A stretch of DNA of 64,000 nucleotides from an uncultured Candidatus Rokubacteria bacterium. Lineage in GTDB: Bacteria; Methylomirabilota; Methylomirabilia; Rokubacteriales; DASRDR01. Both the position numbers and the translations under genes were made by a program. The notes below the pieces were generated by a model. The model did not search any database. It was not told the DNA's origin and worked only from the letters and a program-made list of their open reading frames with translations. The stretch lies in NCBI GenBank assembly GCA_963805625.1, contig CAWDVE010000016.1, positions 160,001 through 224,000 of the forward strand, written 5' to 3'. This document shows, piece by piece, positions 51,197 through 61,102 of this stretch. How positions within the stretch are numbered: position 1 is the first letter of the stretch; each line of letters starts with the position of its first letter.

Positions 51197-51661
51197 CTAC
51201 CGGCCCTTCACGGTCCAGACGTCGCCGAACGCGTCCGGGGGGATCCGCACCTCGTCGGGCTTCGCGTGGTTGTAGACGTGGCTGGCGGTGCTCACCATCT
51301 GCGTGTCGTCCTCGAGGGACATCCAGCCGTGGTACACGCCGGGAGGCACGACGATGAGCCGGGGCTTCCGGGCGCTCGCGATGACCGTCATCAGGTTCCC
51401 GTGCGTCCGGCTCCCGGCCCGATCGTCCTTGAGCACGAACTTGGCGCTGCCGTGGCTGATGAAGAACCAGTCCCAGAGCTCCTCGTGCTTGTGGAAGGCG
51501 CGGATGGTGCCGCGAGCGGGGTTTCCGACCAGGTAGACCTGACCGAAGCGGTGGACCACGGCATGGGGCTCGGGATTCTCCGCGTGGCGCGCGACCTCCG
51601 TCAGATAGCCCCGGTCATCCTCGTGGGTCACCAGCTCCACTACCTTGACGCCGTCGATCAT
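51197..51661 (-). CDS. dTDP-4-dehydrorhamnose 3,5-epimerase (RmlC-like cupin)
   Basis: MIDGV, HEDDRGYL.E, RAFHKH, VPPGVYHG, PDEVR. Confidence 0.88.
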   Translation of the reverse strand: MIDGVKVVELVTHEDDRGYLTEVARHAENPEPHAVVHRFGQVYLVGNPARGTIRAFHKHEELWDWFFISHGSAKFVLKDDRAGSRTHGNLMTVIASARKPRLIVVPPGVYHGWMSLEDDTQMVSTASHVYNHAKPDEVRIPPDAFGDVWTVKGR

Positions 51662-51699
51662 CGCTCGTTCACTCCGCTGCTGATGTGGCCGCCTACTCC

Positions 51700-53080
51700 C
51701 GAAGCCCATGCGTCGCCGTCCGGAAGCCTCGCGGGAAGAACCAGTTCAGGACTCTGCCAAGCGCTGGACGAGGCGTAGGGAGCACGCCTGCGCAGCGTGT
51801 TCCACATGGCGACATTCCCGTCCGCTCTGGTAGGATCTGGCGTAGTGCAGGCTGGTCAGCACCACGTAGTCGGGACGGCGGTGGGCGATGACGGCCGGCA
51901 TCGCCCGTACTCGAGAGGTTCATCACCCGTCGGCCCTTCGGCGTCGGCAGGTACCACTCGGCGCCACCGTGAGGACATCGTGTCCTCGCGACGCGCGACT
52001 GGAGCCACCGCTGGGCTTTGAGTCGTGTATGTTGGTGAATCGGGCGGTGGTGGAGACCGTGAAGGCGCACGGTGTAGGCGAGCACCAGGCGAGCCCGACG
52101 CCCGTTCAGCGCCGGACGCGGACAGCGGGCGCCGTCAGGCATGCGCAGCGCCAGCGCGAGCGCCATCAGGAGCACTGGCTCGAACGGCAGGTAGTACCGG
52201 ATCGGGACGAACTTCCAGCTGCCATGACGCCAGGTAGAACGCCGCGTACCCGAACGGCACGATCAAGATGCGCCGCTACTGGACCGCGCAGTAGATCAGG
52301 CTGCTAAGCAGCGCCGCGTAGAGCGTAACGCCGAAGCTGAAGGGGAACGCGGCGCCGAACTGGTACACGTAGGGCTTGTACTGCCAGCCAGTGGGCCACA
52401 GGTTGAAGTCGTAGTCGAGGTCGTGGACGCGCGTACATCTCGTGCTGGAAGGCCTTCCAGGTCGCCTGCGCTTGAGGAACATTGTGGCGACGCGATAATA
52501 CCGCCAGCAACGCGCGCATGCCAAGGCGCACGCGCAGACTTGCCGGCGCAGACACGCGCTCCAGAGGGCGTAGCGCAGCTACATGATCGCGACGGTGGAA
52601 ATGCTTCATTAATTCGTGCGGTGGCAACTCCGCAACGCGACGCGAGGATGATCTGAGCAATGGGCGCTGGTACGTGCCACGGCGGCGTACGCTTGCAGTC
52701 ATCAGAACGTCAGCATGACGTGTGATGACTGTAGACGTAATACCAAAGGCGCGCCGCAAGGCGCCGGCCCCACGGCGGGCACGGTTCGAGCACCGCACGG
52801 TCAAGATCACGAAGTATACGGGCGCTTTCGCTCGACGCCGGGTCGGGCTCTTCCCCGACCCGGCGCGGGGAGGCTGGGACCAGCACGCAGATCTCGTAGA
52901 AGAGCCCGCCGTAGAAGTACGCGCCGGATCTAGATGCTGCCAGCTCATCTGGGACACGATCGTCAGCACCGTGTTCTCGTCCGGGTTTAAGTCGATCCGT
53001 TCGGGCAAGCCCCACCGAAGCCCGTAGATCCGCAGGGCCAGCGCCCCGAGCAGGATGGCGGGAGCAGATCCGGTTCCCAC
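51700..53080 (-). pseudogene. Heavily disrupted ArnT/PMT-like GT-C gene (probably sequence errors)
   Basis: Fragments LALRIYGLRWGLP...NPDE, YFYGGLFYEI and WQYKPYVYQF...FPFSFGVTLY lie in different frames. Confidence 0.55.
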
Positions 53081-53099
53081 CTGGAACGAGGGTGGCGCT

Positions 53100-53870
53100 G
53101 CGAGGTCGTGGTCAGCGCGGTGCGCCGGCGGCTCGTGGCGCCGGCCTTGCCGTTGTGGTTGGGCGTGGCGTCAGGTTGGCTCGACGGGGGAATGCTAGCG
53201 CCTGCGGCGCGACGCCCGCGCGGTAGATGGATTGCGATCCGCTGGATCGGCTCAGCCTTGCCGAGGTGTGACGTGAGAGACGTTGACCATCCGCGCGGCG
53301 CGCAGGCTGTCGAGCTGCTCGGAATGGGGTGCGATTCTCGAATGGCGTCGAGGAGCTCTGCAGGTGGCGTTGCCACGACGTGTTTAGCTTGGCCAGGGCT
53401 GGATCTCGATCGTGGTGGCGATGGGCTCACCGTGGCGCGCGAACACATGGACGACACCTGGCCTGATATGGTGTTGTTGATGAGCAGGTACGTGCGTGCC
53501 GAGGATCTCGAGATACAGGTAACCCTGCCACTGGGTCCAGGAGGTGTGGAGGTTGGCACGCGTATCGGAGTTCTGCAACAGCCCGAAGGCGTTGTCCCGC
53601 ACTCACTGCGCGCTGATCCGCACTGTGCCGTCCGGCGCTCCTCGCAAGATGAGGTGTGCGCGAGCATCCTGGCCTTGATGAACTTGCACCCATGAACCAG
53701 CGGCAGATCGAGCAGGTGCACGCTGTTGTCGATGAGCGTCTCCCGCCCGACTGCGCATATCAGGTTCATATGTTCTTGCGAAGCGATCGGATCGCGTGAA
53801 GGTATGAACGGCTGTGCTGATCCGGCTCGGACGAGCATCGGGCGGGATAATCTCGTGAGAATTGTCGCGC
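53100..53870 (-). pseudogene. Disrupted Gfo/Idh/MocA-family oxidoreductase (C-terminal part)
   Basis: Fragments TLIDNSVHLLDL and DNAFGLLQ...ANLHTSWTQWQGYLYLEILGT match family patterns GG.L.D..H..DL and EDN...SW....EI.GT. Confidence 0.55.
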
Positions 53871-53876
53871 CAACGC

Positions 53877-54351
53877 ATGTTGTATTTAATTGTATATTGT
53901 TGTGAATTATTTTGTGATTATGAAAGTTTTTTATTATTATATTAAATTTGGCGGCGGTTCAGAGCACCGCCGGCAAGATCCGGAGTATATTATGGCGCAT
54001 AGATCCGGATGTCGTGTGGTTTATCGATCCGGCGCGGGAGGCTATAAAAATGAAAATATATAGATAAAATGTTATTAAGAATTAAAAATAATAAGTTTTA
54101 GTAAATAATAATTTAATGAAATAAATAAATAAGTATTTTTTATAATAAAAAATAAAATTTATTTTAAATATTATTAAATGTATGTAATTAAAAATTGTAA
54201 AGATAGATTTTAAAATAGTTGGTATATATATAAAGTGTAAGATGAATATTATGAATAAAAGAGTGTATAGATATGTTATGAATATAAGTTAATGTATATA
54301 AGAAATTTAATTTAAAAAATAAATTAAAAAATGTATAGGTTTAAAAATTTT
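53877..54351. other. AT-rich low-complexity tracts lacking C on the + strand
   Basis: No C in 53877-53951 (75 nt) or 54043-54351 (309 nt). Confidence 0.9.
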
Positions 54352-55385
54352 CGGCTGACGCGCGAGCAGGACGGGTTAAGGCTTTGGCGGTCGGATCAAC
54401 GCGCGGATGTTCTGGTTTTCAACGGAGCGGAATCACGAACTATACCTCTTGATCTGCATGAGTTAGCGTCGGCGCTAACGAATAATCCGAAGTGATTTTT
54501 TCTCGCGCTTCTCTCGGATGGACGGCAGATTGTGTTTCTCCGGAGCCAGCGGGAGTGGGTAGCTTTGCGATTGAGCGCATGGGATGTCTTTGTATCAACG
54601 TGACGGCTCAGGAGAGCAGCGGATCGCGACGGAGGCTATCATGACTTGGACAATGGACGGCGGTTGTATTCTCCGTGGTACGCGGTGTTTCGCTTCGATG
54701 TTTGATGCAAGAGTCTGTTGTTGATGTTGAGAATGAATTAGCGGAATCAAGGAGTTCGGCGACTCGAGTTTCACGACGGCAGCTGGCATTTCTTGCGTAC
54801 TTCAAAGCGCTTAATTCGCGACAGTTCTAGGGGGCGCTGTGTTTGATCTCGACACGCACAGCTATCCTTCTGACGATGTGCAGGCCTGCAAACGATGTGG
54901 GCACCGACGCAGCGATTGTATGGGTGGAGACTGGAGGTCGCGGCGGACGCGAATGATGACCGGAGCTGAGGATGATCGCAGGTTTTCATGGATCTCCAGG
55001 CGTATACAGTCACGAGTACTTTCGAAGCTCTCGAACGATGGAGTTGGCTATCTGGGGTGCGGCGCGAAGGTCACGAGCACGACGGCGGACTACGAGATTT
55101 TGTGTGGGAGGTCGGACGCGTGAGCGTCGTGCCTACGCCAAGGAACGATCAGTGGCCGACTCACATGAAGCGCTGACTACGCAACTCGGTGGTAAGAGTT
55201 CGTGGAGCCAGTCGGCGCGGGACCATCTCAAGGGCGCAGATGTGCGCGAAGCCGCGAACCGGGGCGTGCTTAAAGCCATCGCGTGTAGGCGCCAGACGGC
55301 TCTCTAGGAGCGGACGATTTAATGCGATAGGACGCGGCAATCGCGCTAGAGCGACACGCGCTGACAGCAATTCCACTACTCCGTT

Positions 55386-56426
55386 TCAGACGCGCGCCAG
55401 CCGGCGGAGCCATCCATAGGACATGAGGTGGTCGGACAGGAAGGTCTTGAGGTAGTCGGTCGGCACCTTCATGACCTGATGGCGCCAGATGCGGTCGCAC
55501 GTGTAGCAGGGCAGCTCCTTCGGAATGTCCCCCTTCGCCATCTTGGCGCGCAGGTCCACCAGCCGGGCGTCGTTCCAGATCTCGCGGAGCGGCTTCTGCT
55601 TGAGATCGCCCATGCCCAGCTTCCCGAAGAAGTCCTGGGGACATGCGACGACCGTACCGTCCCAGTAAACGGACGTGGAATACCAGAGGAACGTGCACGG
55701 CGTGAACCGCCGTCCGTCGGCGAGGAGCGCCTCGCGCGAGAGATCGGGCACGAAGACGTCGCCCGCCCAGTTGTGCGGGGTGCGCAGGATCACGCGATCG
55801 AGCGGCAAACCCTTGAAATTGTCGAGGAACGCGCGCCGGAGGCGCTTGAGCTCGGGCTTCGGCGGCGCGCCGATCTCCATGACCTGCAGCACGGTCAAGG
55901 GATTCTTGGCGCCGAGATCGCGCTTCAGGCGCAGGAACCCCTTGAGATGATCGAGCGCCCATTCGAACTTGGCCCCGACCCGGTTCTTCTCGTACATGTC
56001 CTTCTCGTACCCGTCGAACGAGCACGAGAGAAAGTCGAGGCCGGACTCGATCAGCGCCCGTCCCTTCTTCTCGTTGAGCAGCGTGATGTTGGTGTGGACG
56101 CGAGTGTAGAGGCCCTTGTCCCGGGCGTAAGCGACCATGTCGGCGAGCCGCGGGTGCATGAGCGGTTCCCCGCGATGGAAGAGGTTCACGTCGTAGGCGT
56201 GGTCCTTGACCTGGTCGATGATCGAGGTGAAGAGCCCGAAGTCCATGAACCCGTGGTCTTCCTTGACCACGTCCTTGTTCGGGCAGTAGCCGCACTTGAG
56301 GTTGCAGCGGCTTGTCGATTCGATCCAGAGCCGAACCGGAAGCTGGGGGACCGTGGCCGCGCCCGTCCGGTAGGCCCAGAAGATGCGAGCCAGGCGGCCC
56401 ATGTGACGAAACTTCCGCCCGTCCAT
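55386..56426 (-). CDS. Radical SAM protein with SPASM/twitch domain
   Basis: CNLKCGYC, RGEPLMHP, SFDG; C-terminal PCTFLW...DGTVVACPQD...G.L....EIWN...CYTC. Confidence 0.92.
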   Translation of the reverse strand: MDGRKFRHMGRLARIFWAYRTGAATVPQLPVRLWIESTSRCNLKCGYCPNKDVVKEDHGFMDFGLFTSIIDQVKDHAYDVNLFHRGEPLMHPRLADMVAYARDKGLYTRVHTNITLLNEKKGRALIESGLDFLSCSFDGYEKDMYEKNRVGAKFEWALDHLKGFLRLKRDLGAKNPLTVLQVMEIGAPPKPELKRLRRAFLDNFKGLPLDRVILRTPHNWAGDVFVPDLSREALLADGRRFTPCTFLWYSTSVYWDGTVVACPQDFFGKLGMGDLKQKPLREIWNDARLVDLRAKMAKGDIPKELPCYTCDRIWRHQVMKVPTDYLKTFLSDHLMSYGWLRRLARV

Positions 56427-56433
56427 CCGGCTG

Positions 56434-56442
56434 AGTATAGCA
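56434..56442 (-). promoter_or_regulatory. Extended -10 element, probably leaderless
   Basis: TGCTATACT 7 nt upstream of the radical SAM ATG (56426); no SD sequence. Confidence 0.6.
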
Positions 56443-56469
56443 GACGGGCTTGGAGCGCCCGCCGTGTGA

Positions 56470-59250
56470 TCAGGGCGCGGGGCGGATGACCTCGACGCGG
56501 CCGAGCTCGAGGGTCGTGTCGAGGGTCGGCAGAATCCCGCGCCACCACCGGTGGAGGCGCCAGCCGGATCCAGGGCTCCAGAGTCCAGCGACCAGCCGGT
56601 ACCGCCCGGCGGTCGCGTTCGGGGGCACCGGGATCCGTCGCTGGATGCTCATGTGCTGCGGCGCGACGCCGAGCTCGGGCAGGAAGCCGGCCAACGGATA
56701 GTCGTCTCCGAAGCGGGTCCCTTGGTGGTCAGGCCGGCTGTCGGCACGAAGGTGCACCCAGACCATCAGACGTGCCCAGGGCGCCCGGTAGAGGCGCCAG
56801 TGGGTCGTGAGCTCCACGGTCTCGCCGGCCCGGAGCGGGTCTGGCCGGACGTCGTAGCCCACGAGCTCGGCCTGGCCGCCCATCAGGGCGCCGACCGGCC
56901 GTGCCGGCGCGAGTGCCGCGTCCGCCTCGGCGGAGAGCCGGGCCGCTTCCCGGGCGTCACCGTCCGCTGCGGCGAGACGGGCGCGGAGCCGCCAGAGCTC
57001 GACGTGGACCCGTTCCGGCCCGAGGGCTCGCGTCGCGTCGGCGTAGGCACCCCGCGCGTCGGTGGGGAGCCCGAGGGTCGCGAGCCGCGCGGCGTACTCG
57101 AGCGGGGACCGGACGCTCACCCGGAGCAGGGTGGTTAGCCGCGCGGCTGCCTCGTAGCCAGCCGGATCGTCCGGGCCGCGACGCATCGCCTCGTGGTAAC
57201 GCAGGAGCGCCGGCCCCGTCTGTCCCGCATCCTCGAGTCGGCGGCCCTCGTGCACGAGCGCGGCGGCGGCGTCGGGCGGGGACCCCGGAGGCGCGGGGCT
57301 CAGCAGGAACAGCTCCGCCACGCTCCAGCGTCCGGGCGGCCCCTTCTCGACGAGTCGGACGCGCCGGGTGACCACCGGCACGAAGCGCACGGTCAGCGTC
57401 CGGCTCGCCGTGATCCGGATCGCGCCGTTCTCCCAGTGGGCCGCGACACCCTGGGGGGCGAGCGCGGCCACCGCGCTGAGCCCGGCGCCGGCACTCTCGG
57501 CCATCACCACCAGGTCGTCCGGGACGCGCTCGGCGCGGTCGTTCACGAGCGTTACCCCGCTCACCAGACGCTCGGCACCGAGGTCCACCTCGACCCAGGC
57601 AGAGCCCTCCGGGCCCCGGGCGCTCGACCACCCGGTGTCGAGCTTCGCGTCGAGCAGGCTAGCGGCCTCGCCGCGGCCCGCGCTTGTGCGGACGGTGAAG
57701 GCCGAGCGAGCCAGCGATCGGACCTCGGGCGGCGGCGTGAAGTCGTGAAAGATGTGGTACTCGCCGGCCACGTCCTCTCGGGCCGTGATCCGCGTCGCCT
57801 CCAGCCAGGCGCGGAAGGTCTCGACACCCGCCTGGACCACGTACGCGGGCCGAGGCGACCGGTCGACCGCCAGCGTGTGGGGGGGATGGCGGTCGTTGAA
57901 CGGCTGGGCCACGATGATCTCCCCCTGGGCCTCGAAGGTGAGCCGAGGAGCCAGCCAGTAGTCGAAGGCGTAAGCCTTTCGTAGATCCATCGCGCGGAGC
58001 CACTCGAAGAGCCGCGCATCGGCCTCGCGCTCCTGCCGATACCGAAGCCGGGCCTCGGGCCTGAGCGCCGTGACGTCGGGAGCCAGATCCATCCCGACGG
58101 CGAGAAGGTACGCCGCCACCCACACGATCGTGCCGGCCCGCGTCCAGCGCCACGTCAGCTGGGCCGCGCGCGCGAGCACGAGCGCGAGCAGGGGGACCAG
58201 GGGCAGGAGGTAGCGCGGGACGCGGATGTACCCGCCGTACCAGACCACGCCGAGGGTAACGGCGATCCCGATGAGGAGGAGTGCCTCGCCGGCTAGCGGG
58301 GCGTCGCGACGGAGGCGTCCGATTCCCGCGACGACCCGGGCCAGGAGGAGCAGGACGGCGCCGCCCACTATCAACGGGATCGTCCAGGCGAGCAGGCCGG
58401 GCAGATGGGAGGGCTGGTCCGTGCCGGATCGGACCCCGAGGACGACCGGAAGCAGATCGACGGCCAGGATCCGCGCGGACTCGTGCCCCGAGAGGTGCCC
58501 CTGGAAGCGCGCGCCGGTCGCCACCGTCGCCCAGTCGTGGGTGAGGTTGTAGACCCAGAAGGGCAGGCTCCCGAGGAGGAACGCGCCGACGCCGAGCCAC
58601 GCCGCTCGCCGGAACGGCAAGCCCGGTTCCACCAGGAGCAGGGCCACCAGGGCGGGGATGAGCGCGTCCACGATCTGGAAGTTGAAGTAGAGACCCAGTC
58701 CCCCGGCGAGGCCCATGGCGATCGCGACCCGGCACCGCACTGGCTCGGAGAGCGGCCGGGCGAGCCAGAGCCCGGCGCCGAGGAGCACGACCTGGCCGAC
58801 GAGCAGATGCTCGACATAGTACGACCGGGCCAGGGTGTAGTTCGCCGCGACGTACGCCGACACCACGGTGGTGAAGAGAACGCCCAGGAGGCCGGCCCCG
58901 CGGCCGAAGAGGACGAGCCCGGTGCGGTAGACGGCCAGAGCGAGCGCGACCGTGCCGAGCGCCGGAACCAGATCGAGGACCTGGCGCGAGATCCCGAAGA
59001 GGAAGAAGAGGGGGGCGGCGGTGTACGACTCCGGGACCCCGGCGTGGTCCTGCATCCAGAAGAAGATGGGGAACTCACCCCGGAGCACGTAGACGCCCAT
59101 GAGACCGGTGATCGCCTGGTCGGCGTCGAGCCGGGGGAAGGCCAGGTAGAGCGCCAAGAGGAGCCCGAGCAACCCGAAGAGCGCCCAGAAACACCAGTCG
59201 CGCGCGGGGCGGGGCTGGGCTCCGCCCGGCGCCAGGCCGCCCGCGCTCAC
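56470..59250 (-). CDS. GT-C (ArnT/PMT-like) membrane protein with discoidin-like and TPR-like domains
   Basis: LDADQAITGLM after TM1, PRYLLP, DYWLAPRLTF, LLDAKLDTGWSS...WVEVDLG...WSVAEL, helical TPR-like region, terminal beta domain. Confidence 0.8.
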   Translation of the reverse strand: MSAGGLAPGGAQPRPARDWCFWALFGLLGLLLALYLAFPRLDADQAITGLMGVYVLRGEFPIFFWMQDHAGVPESYTAAPLFFLFGISRQVLDLVPALGTVALALAVYRTGLVLFGRGAGLLGVLFTTVVSAYVAANYTLARSYYVEHLLVGQVVLLGAGLWLARPLSEPVRCRVAIAMGLAGGLGLYFNFQIVDALIPALVALLLVEPGLPFRRAAWLGVGAFLLGSLPFWVYNLTHDWATVATGARFQGHLSGHESARILAVDLLPVVLGVRSGTDQPSHLPGLLAWTIPLIVGGAVLLLLARVVAGIGRLRRDAPLAGEALLLIGIAVTLGVVWYGGYIRVPRYLLPLVPLLALVLARAAQLTWRWTRAGTIVWVAAYLLAVGMDLAPDVTALRPEARLRYRQEREADARLFEWLRAMDLRKAYAFDYWLAPRLTFEAQGEIIVAQPFNDRHPPHTLAVDRSPRPAYVVQAGVETFRAWLEATRITAREDVAGEYHIFHDFTPPPEVRSLARSAFTVRTSAGRGEAASLLDAKLDTGWSSARGPEGSAWVEVDLGAERLVSGVTLVNDRAERVPDDLVVMAESAGAGLSAVAALAPQGVAAHWENGAIRITASRTLTVRFVPVVTRRVRLVEKGPPGRWSVAELFLLSPAPPGSPPDAAAALVHEGRRLEDAGQTGPALLRYHEAMRRGPDDPAGYEAAARLTTLLRVSVRSPLEYAARLATLGLPTDARGAYADATRALGPERVHVELWRLRARLAAADGDAREAARLSAEADAALAPARPVGALMGGQAELVGYDVRPDPLRAGETVELTTHWRLYRAPWARLMVWVHLRADSRPDHQGTRFGDDYPLAGFLPELGVAPQHMSIQRRIPVPPNATAGRYRLVAGLWSPGSGWRLHRWWRGILPTLDTTLELGRVEVIRPAP

Positions 59251-59948
59251 CGCCGGGCCAGCCGGAGCCGGAACACCGAGGCGAGGTACGTCCAGAGGTA
59301 CGCGGAGAAGCGGGTCTTGGACTCGCCCCCCTTTCGGAACCGGTAGACCGTCGGGATCTCCAGCACGCGGCCGCCCTCGCGGACCACGTGGTGCAGGAGC
59401 CGGATGGCGTAGTCGCCATAGCCGTAGAACACGGCCTCGGGGGTGAGCCCGCGAAGCAGCGTCGGTCGGAAGGCGAGGTAGCCGGAAAGGTTGTCGTGGA
59501 TGCGCAGTCCGAGCACCATGCGGATCAGAATGTTGAAGGCGTAGGAGCCCCAGTAGCGGAACCGCGACGTGAGCATGCCACCCCCGAGGACGTAGCGGGA
59601 GCCAATCACCACGTCGAACTCCTCAACGCAGCGGACCATCAGTGGCAGGAGGGCGGGATCGTGGTTGCCATCGGAGTCCATGACCACCACGACGTCGCCG
59701 CGCGCCTCCCGGATGCCCCGGTAGATCGCGCTCGCGAGGCCCCGCTCGTCTCGCCGAACGACAACGCGCACGGCCGGGTCGCCCTTGAAGGTGGATTCGA
59801 CGTGCGCCGCCGTGCCGTCCGGTGACGCGTCGTCCACGACCAGGACCTCCAGGTCCAGACCGGCCCGGCGGGCGACCGCCAGGATCTCGGCGACCAGCTC
59901 GCCGATTCCCTCGCGCTCGTTGTAGGTGGGCAGGACGACGGAGACCAT
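59247..59948 (-). CDS. GT2, polyprenol-monophosphomannose synthase (DPM1)-like
   Basis: VVLPTYNERE, VDDASPDGT, RGLASA, MDSDGNHDP, GSRY, HDNLSG, GESK. Confidence 0.9.
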   Translation of the reverse strand: MVSVVLPTYNEREGIGELVAEILAVARRAGLDLEVLVVDDASPDGTAAHVESTFKGDPAVRVVVRRDERGLASAIYRGIREARGDVVVVMDSDGNHDPALLPLMVRCVEEFDVVIGSRYVLGGGMLTSRFRYWGSYAFNILIRMVLGLRIHDNLSGYLAFRPTLLRGLTPEAVFYGYGDYAIRLLHHVVREGGRVLEIPTVYRFRKGGESKTRFSAYLWTYLASVFRLRLARR

Positions 59949-60007
59949 GGGGACTCGGCTCAGCTCTGGTGCGCGGCCATCGGCGGGTGATGGGTTCTCG
60001 GCGGTTC

Positions 60008-61102
60008 TCAGTCCGAGGAGAGCACCCGCAGCGCATCGCACACCGTGGTGATCTCCTCGAGTGACAGGCCCGTGCCGGAGGGCAGGTTGATCCCGCGCGC
60101 CCCGAGCGACGTGGCCACCGGGAACGGGGTGTCCATGTGGTACGGGGGCAGCTCGTGGAGCGGCACGAAGAAGGGGCGGGAGTCGACGCCGCGAGCCCGG
60201 AGGCCCGCGATGACGGCCTCCCGGCTCGATCCGAACGCCGGCTCGATCAGGACGGAGTACATCCAGTACACGCTCTCCGCCCAGGGCTCCGCCGGTGGCG
60301 GCGTGAGCCCGGAGATCCCGGCGAGGCCGGTCTCGTAGGCCCCCGCGATCGCCTTCCGCCGCGCGAGGATGGCATCCGCCTGCTCGAGCTGGGCGCAGCC
60401 GATCGCCGCCTGGATGTTGGTCATGCGGTAGTTGAAGCCGATCTCCGGATGGTAGTACCGGCGGCGGGGATCCATGGCGTGGTCTCGCAGGAATGCTGCG
60501 CGCTCGGCGAGTGCCGGGTCGTTGGTCACGACCATGCCACCCTCGCCGGTCGTGATGATCTTGTTCCCGTAGAAGGAGAAGGCGCCGATCCGCCCGAGCG
60601 CCCCGACCCGCTGCCCCTTGTAGCGCGCCCCGTGGGCCTCGGCGGCGTCCTCGACGATGTCCAGTCGATGCTCGGCCGCCATGGCGAGGAACGGATCCAT
60701 GTCCACGGGGTGCCCGTAGAGGTGGACCGGGATGACGGCCCGGGTCCGCGCCGTGAGCTTCCGCCGCGCGTCAGCCGCGTCCATCCCCCACGTCCGCGGG
60801 TCGGAATCCACCAGCACGGGCGTCGCTCCGGTGTAGCGGACGACGTTGGCCGTCGAGACGAAGGTCAGGTCCGGGACCAGCACCTCGTCACCCGGGCCGA
60901 TGCCGAGCGTCGCCAGGCAGAGGTGAAGCGCCGTGGTGCCGTTCGACGTCGCCACGGCGTGGAGGGCCTCGCAGAAGGTGGCGAAGTCGCGCTCGAAGCG
61001 CCCGACGTACTGCCCGAGCGAGGAGATCCAGCCCGAGTCGACGCAGTCGAGGACGTAGCGCCGCACGTTCTCGGAGAGCCAGGGGGCGAAGACGGGAATC
61101 AT
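60008..61102 (-). CDS. DegT/DnrJ/EryC1/StrS aminotransferase (perosamine synthetase-like)
   Basis: SGWISS.G, SNGTTALH, VHLYGHP, EDAAEAHG, FSFYGNKIITTGEGG, GFNYRMTN. Confidence 0.93.
   Translation of the reverse strand: MIPVFAPWLSENVRRYVLDCVDSGWISSLGQYVGRFERDFATFCEALHAVATSNGTTALHLCLATLGIGPGDEVLVPDLTFVSTANVVRYTGATPVLVDSDPRTWGMDAADARRKLTARTRAVIPVHLYGHPVDMDPFLAMAAEHRLDIVEDAAEAHGARYKGQRVGALGRIGAFSFYGNKIITTGEGGMVVTNDPALAERAAFLRDHAMDPRRRYYHPEIGFNYRMTNIQAAIGCAQLEQADAILARRKAIAGAYETGLAGISGLTPPPAEPWAESVYWMYSVLIEPAFGSSREAVIAGLRARGVDSRPFFVPLHELPPYHMDTPFPVATSLGARGINLPSGTGLSLEEITTVCDALRVLSSD

Noticed and set aside
53877-54351. CRISPR leader, replication origin or mobile element in the AT-rich tract
   Set aside because: No repeat-spacer array, cas genes, DnaA boxes, iterons or transposase; the tract sits inside garbled sequence.
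54400-55380. Short ORFs in the garbled region
   Set aside because: No recognisable motifs and atypical composition; they cannot be supported as genes.
55386-56426. Radical SAM RiPP maturase with precursor peptide
   Set aside because: No RRE-like extension or credible precursor ORF; the context is sugar metabolism.
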